Assembly (NCBI GenBank): GCA_977862235.1
Contig: OZ374562.1
Coordinates: 2,232,001-2,296,000 of the forward strand
Direction of reading: 5' to 3'
DNA length: 64,000 nucleotides
DNA from: Dudresnaya verticillata
Lineage: Eukaryota
The translations under genes and the position numbers were made by a program. Shown one piece after another: positions 58,613 through 64,000 of this stretch (position 1 is the stretch's first letter; each line of letters opens with the position of its first letter). A model generated the notes under the pieces. The model was given only the letters and a program-made list of their open reading frames with translations. It was not told where the DNA came from and searched no databases.

Positions 58613-61600
58613 TGTTGTGGAACGGAGAGGAGAAACGCAGAGGAGTCAGAGGGGATGTCGCGCGTTTCATGTTGACTTAATAGTAAAGCAGTGTAGGACT
58701 GCAAATACGGATACAGTGAAGGGGTTACTACTAATATTCTACCAGAGGTGTGTATGGGATCGCTCGCTGTTGTATCGCTCGCAATCACAGAGGCTCGCTC
58801 GTTCGTAGTCTCGTTGCGCGCGATAGGCAAGAGTAGAGGGCACAAAGTCGTCGGTTCGCTTCTTCGTCGGCTTGCCCCCGGATTTATTTGGCACCGCTCG
58901 CACGGCGGGGCTTATATACTAAAAGTATTAATCTATTGCTGAGCTGGCCCAGCGCAGCAGCGCTGTAACAGCTCAGCATCACAATTTCTTACAGCGTGTA
59001 AATATATTAAATGTTATTTTAAGCGGCACGCGCCGTGTGCGCCGTGGGGCGTGCGCGCCTCCGTGCGGGCTTAGTGTAGAAAAGTTGTTCACGATCATGG
59101 GTTCTTCCCCCTCGGATGCCCCCCCAACGCCCCACGACGTCTCCTCTTTATTGACCCTCGGCGGTCCTCTGCATTCTAATTATTGTCAGTAACCCTCGGG
59201 GAGATTTCCTCCCGCACCTCCGCGTGCCAGGGTTTACAGTACTTAAGGTCCCTTTGGGCCGGACCGGTCATGCCCCTCTGCGGGCAATTGAGTGATGACT
59301 ACGGCCGCACGCAAGAGGACTCTAACACCCCTCCTCGGCAGTAGCATCCTCATGATTTTCAACTCCTTGGTTGCAACTCAACAGAAAAATAGATCTCACT
59401 CGGTCCCTGATGGGATTTGATCCCTCGACTTCTGCGTTGAACTCGAGACCGCTGTGCCCAATTGACCAATGATACGAGTAAGTTTTGTTCCATTCCTAAA
59501 TCCAGTTAGCGCCGGCCGCGCCGGCAGGCAATGTTGATTTTCAGTTACTTTTGGGCGGATTTCGCCCACGGTCTGATATAAGTACCACGAGTTTCGCATC
59601 GTTGCCTTAACGAAGTAAATGACGGCTACCGGATTAAGGACAGTCAATTGAGAGCCACGTACTGTTTGACCGCTTGCGGGAGGTATATCGGAAAAGGGGT
59701 GTCCTCGTAATCCCCCGTTGCTCGGAACACACCCAGCCCTCAGGGTAGCACTCCAGGTAGTCCTGGCAAGCAATAAAGGTGAGCGGTTGTGTTTTTGCCA
59801 TTTTCCTTTTCAACTTTAGACCTTGAGCGTGCATGCCTGTTGCAACAAGAACAAACGGGCGCAACGTTGACGAACGCAATGCCACTCAATGGAGCAGCAC
59901 TGCAACATGCTTTTGCAGTGTGCGCCGATCAACCGGTTTCATGAGGATGTCGGCTAACCGCTCCAGGGTCCCGATATGCATCAGTGACAATCTTCCCGCG
60001 TGCAAATGATCCTTGACGTGGTGATACTTCACTTCGATGTGCCTACTTCTCGCGGGCACTTGGTCATGCTGCGCAATTGCTATGGTCGCGGTGTTGTCGG
60101 ATAAAACCAAGGTGGGTGGTATGCGCATGGCTTCGTGGAAAGGGTTTAATGTTACCAACTCCCAAAACAGTCGGCGAATCCAAAAGACTTCCTTTGCACA
60201 TGATGAGAGGGAGATGTACTCAGCCTCCGCAGATGACAGCGCCACGAGCGTCTGACGCTGGCTTTTCCAAGAAGCGGGAGAACTGTTCAGCATTATGGGG
60301 AATCCCGTTGTAGACTTTACTCTGATTTATCCCCAGCCCAATCGGCGTCAACGCACTCCTTAATCTGAAGTGGGCTAGAGCGTTCCCCTCCTTGGGCGGC
60401 ACCGCGGCGATACATGATGCCCAACTTTCGCGTGCCAGAAACATAGCGCATGACTATTTTTAGCAATTGCAAGTGTCTGGATGCCGGGGAGTGGACTTGT
60501 CGTGCCAAAGCGCTGATGGCGAACGATATGTCCGGGCGAGTGCACACTGCGAGGTATAGAAGCTCGCCGATTGTGGCCCGGTACTTGGCGTGCTCCCCTT
60601 TGACAACAGCATGTCATGTTCCGCTGCAGGAGTGATGTCCGCGTCTGTAGGCAGAGGTGTCCAGGACCCGCTTGACTCAGCCAAGCCGTTCTTTGCCAAA
60701 AGCTGCTCAACGTAACGATTCTGCGTGATTCTGATCCCGGACGTCTCTTGAGGAATCTCCAAGCCTATGAATGATGTGATATTTTAAACAACTTGACATC
60801 GAACTCCTGAGCCAGCCTAGATTTGAAGTGACCCAACAAATGCTTAGAGTTGCTCACAAACTTCATGTCATCCACGATGATGACTATAATAATGAATTCT
60901 TTTCCAACAACCTTGATAAGTACGCGAGCATATATGCGGCACTGCACGAATCCCCAGCTGATTCTTGTGACGAGGAGAAGCGAACCCCAAATGTTTCCAG
61001 CTTGCTTCAGTCCATACATGGACTTTAGTAAACGACATACAAATCTAGGTTTCTCCTCCCGTCCTGATGAATCGGTTGGCTGCTCCAGCTATACGCTGAC
61101 ATCTATTTTGCCGTAGAGGTAGGCATTTCATATGTACGCCCCCTCAACGATGATGTCGTTTGCGGCAGCCATGGCGAGAATCATGCGGATCGCCTCGTGC
61201 GAAGCAACTGGGGCATATAGTTTATCAGGATCGAAGTCGATTCCCGGGGCTTGTAGGTCACCTCGAGCTCAGCATCTGGCCTTGTGTAAAAACGGCTTTC
61301 CGATATGGTCCAGCGGCTTAAGTCGAAACACCCAAGTGAAAGGGATTACAAGAAGATCCTTGTTCCTCGGGACGTATTCCCAAGTCTCAAGTTGGCGAAG
61401 CGCGAGGTATTCCCTGTTGATGGCCTCGCACCAAAGCTTGTTCTTGATGGCTTCACGGAATGTACGCGGCAAACGCGGGTCCTTGAGATTGCCACGGGCA
61501 AATGTGACTTGAGGTAAAATGCGGGAAAGCGGCAAGCGATAGGCATGGAATGCCTGCTTCAGAGCATCTTCTGCTATCTCATCGGCGTTGCCATTTGCCG

Positions 61601-64000
61601 CGTCCTCTTGCGCTTGATGCGCGATTCCATCTAGAAGAGCGGTTACGCCCGGCAGCTGTTCGGGTGTGCACACGCGAAAATCGCTAGCGCGAGTGATTAT
61701 GACGCGCTTGGTTTCGGGGATGTAGATGCGGTAAAGCTTTGCGCCGCTTTCCAAACCGACGAAGTGACCATGAGCAGAGCGTGGCGAGAGCTTCTTGTTT
61801 GGCCTTGTTGGCGATTGATAAAGAAAGGCGAAACCCTGTTGGCCAAACCTTGGAAGATTTTTGAATTTGATAACTGTGCGGTGGTCCCACCTCAGGATAG
61901 GTATCTCTCCATTAATTCGCTCGGACGGAAGTCGGTTTCGAAGCCAATTGCCATGGCTCATGGCTTCGGCCCACAGCTCATCCCCGAGCTTGCCGTCGAT
62001 GAGCAGTACGCGTGCACGAACGCCCAGCTCCTTCATGAAATGTTCAGCTACACCGTTGCTCTCTGGCGCATACGGTGGGCTAGGCCCCAGACGAATTCCG
62101 TTAGCAAGAGCGAAGTCCTTAACGGCATTGGACATATTTTCTCCTGCAGCATCCATCCGAATATTGATGAGCTTATAATGCGTCACATTCTCTGGTCTCT
62201 CTTTGTAGTACTTGAGTGACAAGAAGAGTCCATCCTTGGTCTTGAGAAAATGAGTGTCTGACTTAGCGGTGACGTCGTCAACGAAACCCACAGCGTATTG
62301 GCGCCCTCCAATAGACGGGGTATTAATCCTTCCAGTAATGTCAATATGGACGAGCTCGAGTGGATTGACTTTAATGCGTGTACTTGATCGAAGAGTTCCG
62401 CGCTGTGCCTTGTAAAGTTGGCATGGAACACAAAGCATGCCCAGCAGGTCACTTCGCGGAAACGTAGGAACGTCATTGAAAATGTTTGCCAACTGCAAAT
62501 ATCGCTAAGGATGAGGGTGTCCTGTGCGACTGTACCACTCCAGAGCGAGGTTTCTTTGCGACTTCCTTGCAGCAATAGCCCTTGGGCACTGAAAACAGAC
62601 TAACTCCTCGTCAACTTCATTCTGGTCCAGGAGGGACATCTTGACCTGACCGGAGCTGCTGCGCTTTTTGATGCGATAAAGCCCGTACTCGTTTATCTGA
62701 ACTGCCTTGCTCAGCTCCTTTGTCTCTCGGTCATATAAGACGCAGGTGCTTATGTTGTTGACAGCCGGCGGGTCCACTGTAAAAAGAATGCTGAAGTGAG
62801 CCGTAAGCAGACCTACCGACAGAATGTTGGTCTGGAAGTTCGGTGCGTGATATGTGTCCAAGTAGAGACCTCCAGCTAGTTCGATGTAGACTTGGCCTTT
62901 TGTGGTGCAAGGGGGGTGAGCCCCTTTTCGCTGAAAGGAGCAAAAAATACGTCGACCGACGGAGAAACCGCCACCGGCGCTCACCACCGCCGTTGGCGTA
63001 CGAACACGTCATCGACGGCTCACTGGGGCGCACGCACACGTTGCGCGCCGCGCGCCATACGGGCACTGTACGGTGATGGGCCGATATGGCGCCCCGGGGC
63101 ACTGTGACACGGATCTAGATGGGATCTGGATCCGGTATCCAGATTGACTATATGGATCACCTGCGCTGTAATGTAGGCGCCTGTAAGGCTGCGAGTGTTC
63201 GCATTGCTGGCCCGGATCCGGACGGGGATCGGGATCGGACAGGTATTGGATTAGATCAAGGGCGCGCGCTCTACAGTACGCGCGCGCACAGCTGTAAGGC
63301 GCACGCGTCCACGTGTGTGTGTAAGCGCCCACGCAGGGGATTGCGCGGCAACCTGTCAGGCGCGCGGCTGCACATGATGGGTGCTCTGTCAGATGCGCCT
63401 CGGGACGACACATGTCCCGGGTTCCCGCGCTACGCACCCGCACCGCCGCCGCCGCACCGTCGTGCTATACTTAGGTAAGCCGTCCCAGACGTAGCAGTAA
63501 ACGCCCGGACAAGCCGGCCTTGGTCCAGACTTCCCCGTTCCGCACGCGCGTACCCTCCGCTACCGCTGACTACGGCTTAAGAGTCTACCTCCCGTGCTTC
63601 CACGATCAACCACCGTCGTTGACGTGTTTCCTTTTTGTTCTCTTTTGTTCTTCCTTTCCGCCTCGGGCGTTTACAGTCCGCCCAAGGCGTGTCAACCGCT
63701 CTACCACAAGCCGCCCTAGGTGAGGTTACACACCGCCACGGGCGTCGTTACCCAGCGAGCCCTGAACTGCTCGGCGGTGTTTCGTCCAGGACGTTTGCAC
63801 CACACCTTTTCCGACTAGAATAGACTTCTCAGAAGCGGCCTGAACATCAAGAACCTAAATATTCTCATAGTTGACGAATAACGACTTGTCATGGCAAAAG
63901 TGGTGGGAGCCGCCGGAGTGAATAAGCCAGTCCTTCGATTTGACCGCACTAAACTTGGCGACCGTGCTTTGAAACTTAATTGCAGCGATGAATCCATAAG
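58613..64000 (-). mobile_element. Decayed Ty1/Copia retrotransposon (protease-integrase-RT-RNase H), running off the window end
   Basis: WLIHSGGSHH (protease, catalytic D lost), GHP..CVPC, LVHIDITG, IRMDAAGE, PESNGVAE, YGLKQAG, IVDDM, TRPDIS, SSAEAEY, RHIEVKYH. Candidate PPT GAGGGGGAAG (~59104-59113) and 3' LTR ~58613-59098 with TATATAAG are less certain. Confidence 0.9.
62901..63804 (+). mobile_element. Solo LTR (904 bp) inserted in Copia pol
   Basis: TGTGGTGCAA..TTGCACCACA with perfect TSD CCTTT. Removing it rejoins the pol frame (ILVGK|GQVYIEL). Confidence 0.93.

Noticed and set aside
62505..62987. 160-aa ORF as a gene
   Set aside because: Chimera of solo-LTR sequence and Copia pol.

Overview
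Eukaryotic, gene-poor and transposon-rich window. Short GTAAG..CTAAC..YAG introns, intronless genes and the TE repertoire suggest a florideophyte red alga; this is inference, not proven. (1) 1-30 kb: a tRNA-Val(CAC) gene is followed by an 8.7-kb block carrying a Thr-repeat/C2H2-finger ORF, a small hypothetical ORF, a CK1-like kinase and a 151-bp retroposon remnant. The block is duplicated almost perfectly 11.3 kb downstream, and the second copy starts exactly inside the tRNA (T-arm plus 3' acceptor strand). A second, diverged CK1-like gene lies between the copies. Copy 2 is interrupted by a ~4.4-kb two-ORF CRE-like (RT + RLE) non-LTR retrotransposon, itself interrupted by a related element in the opposite orientation. 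All three insertions have 10-11 bp TSDs around a C(A/T)TTA(A/G) core and share a 3' hairpin with a CTTA loop and an ATAAAGGTC..CTCT tail. The two long elements have overlapping stop/start ORF junctions. (2) 30-35 kb: host genes, namely a SPEC3/stum-like membrane protein, a MOSC-less Moco-sulfurase-like PLP enzyme and a secreted Kelch protein. (3) 38-44 kb: a PIF/Harbinger-type element with AAT TSD, and a decayed piggyBac-like transposase with a YqaJ/lambda-exonuclease domain inserted inside its catalytic core. (4) 44-64 kb: a nest of decayed Gypsy and Copia elements and solo LTRs. All alignments were made by eye, and family names come from motif recognition rather than database searches.
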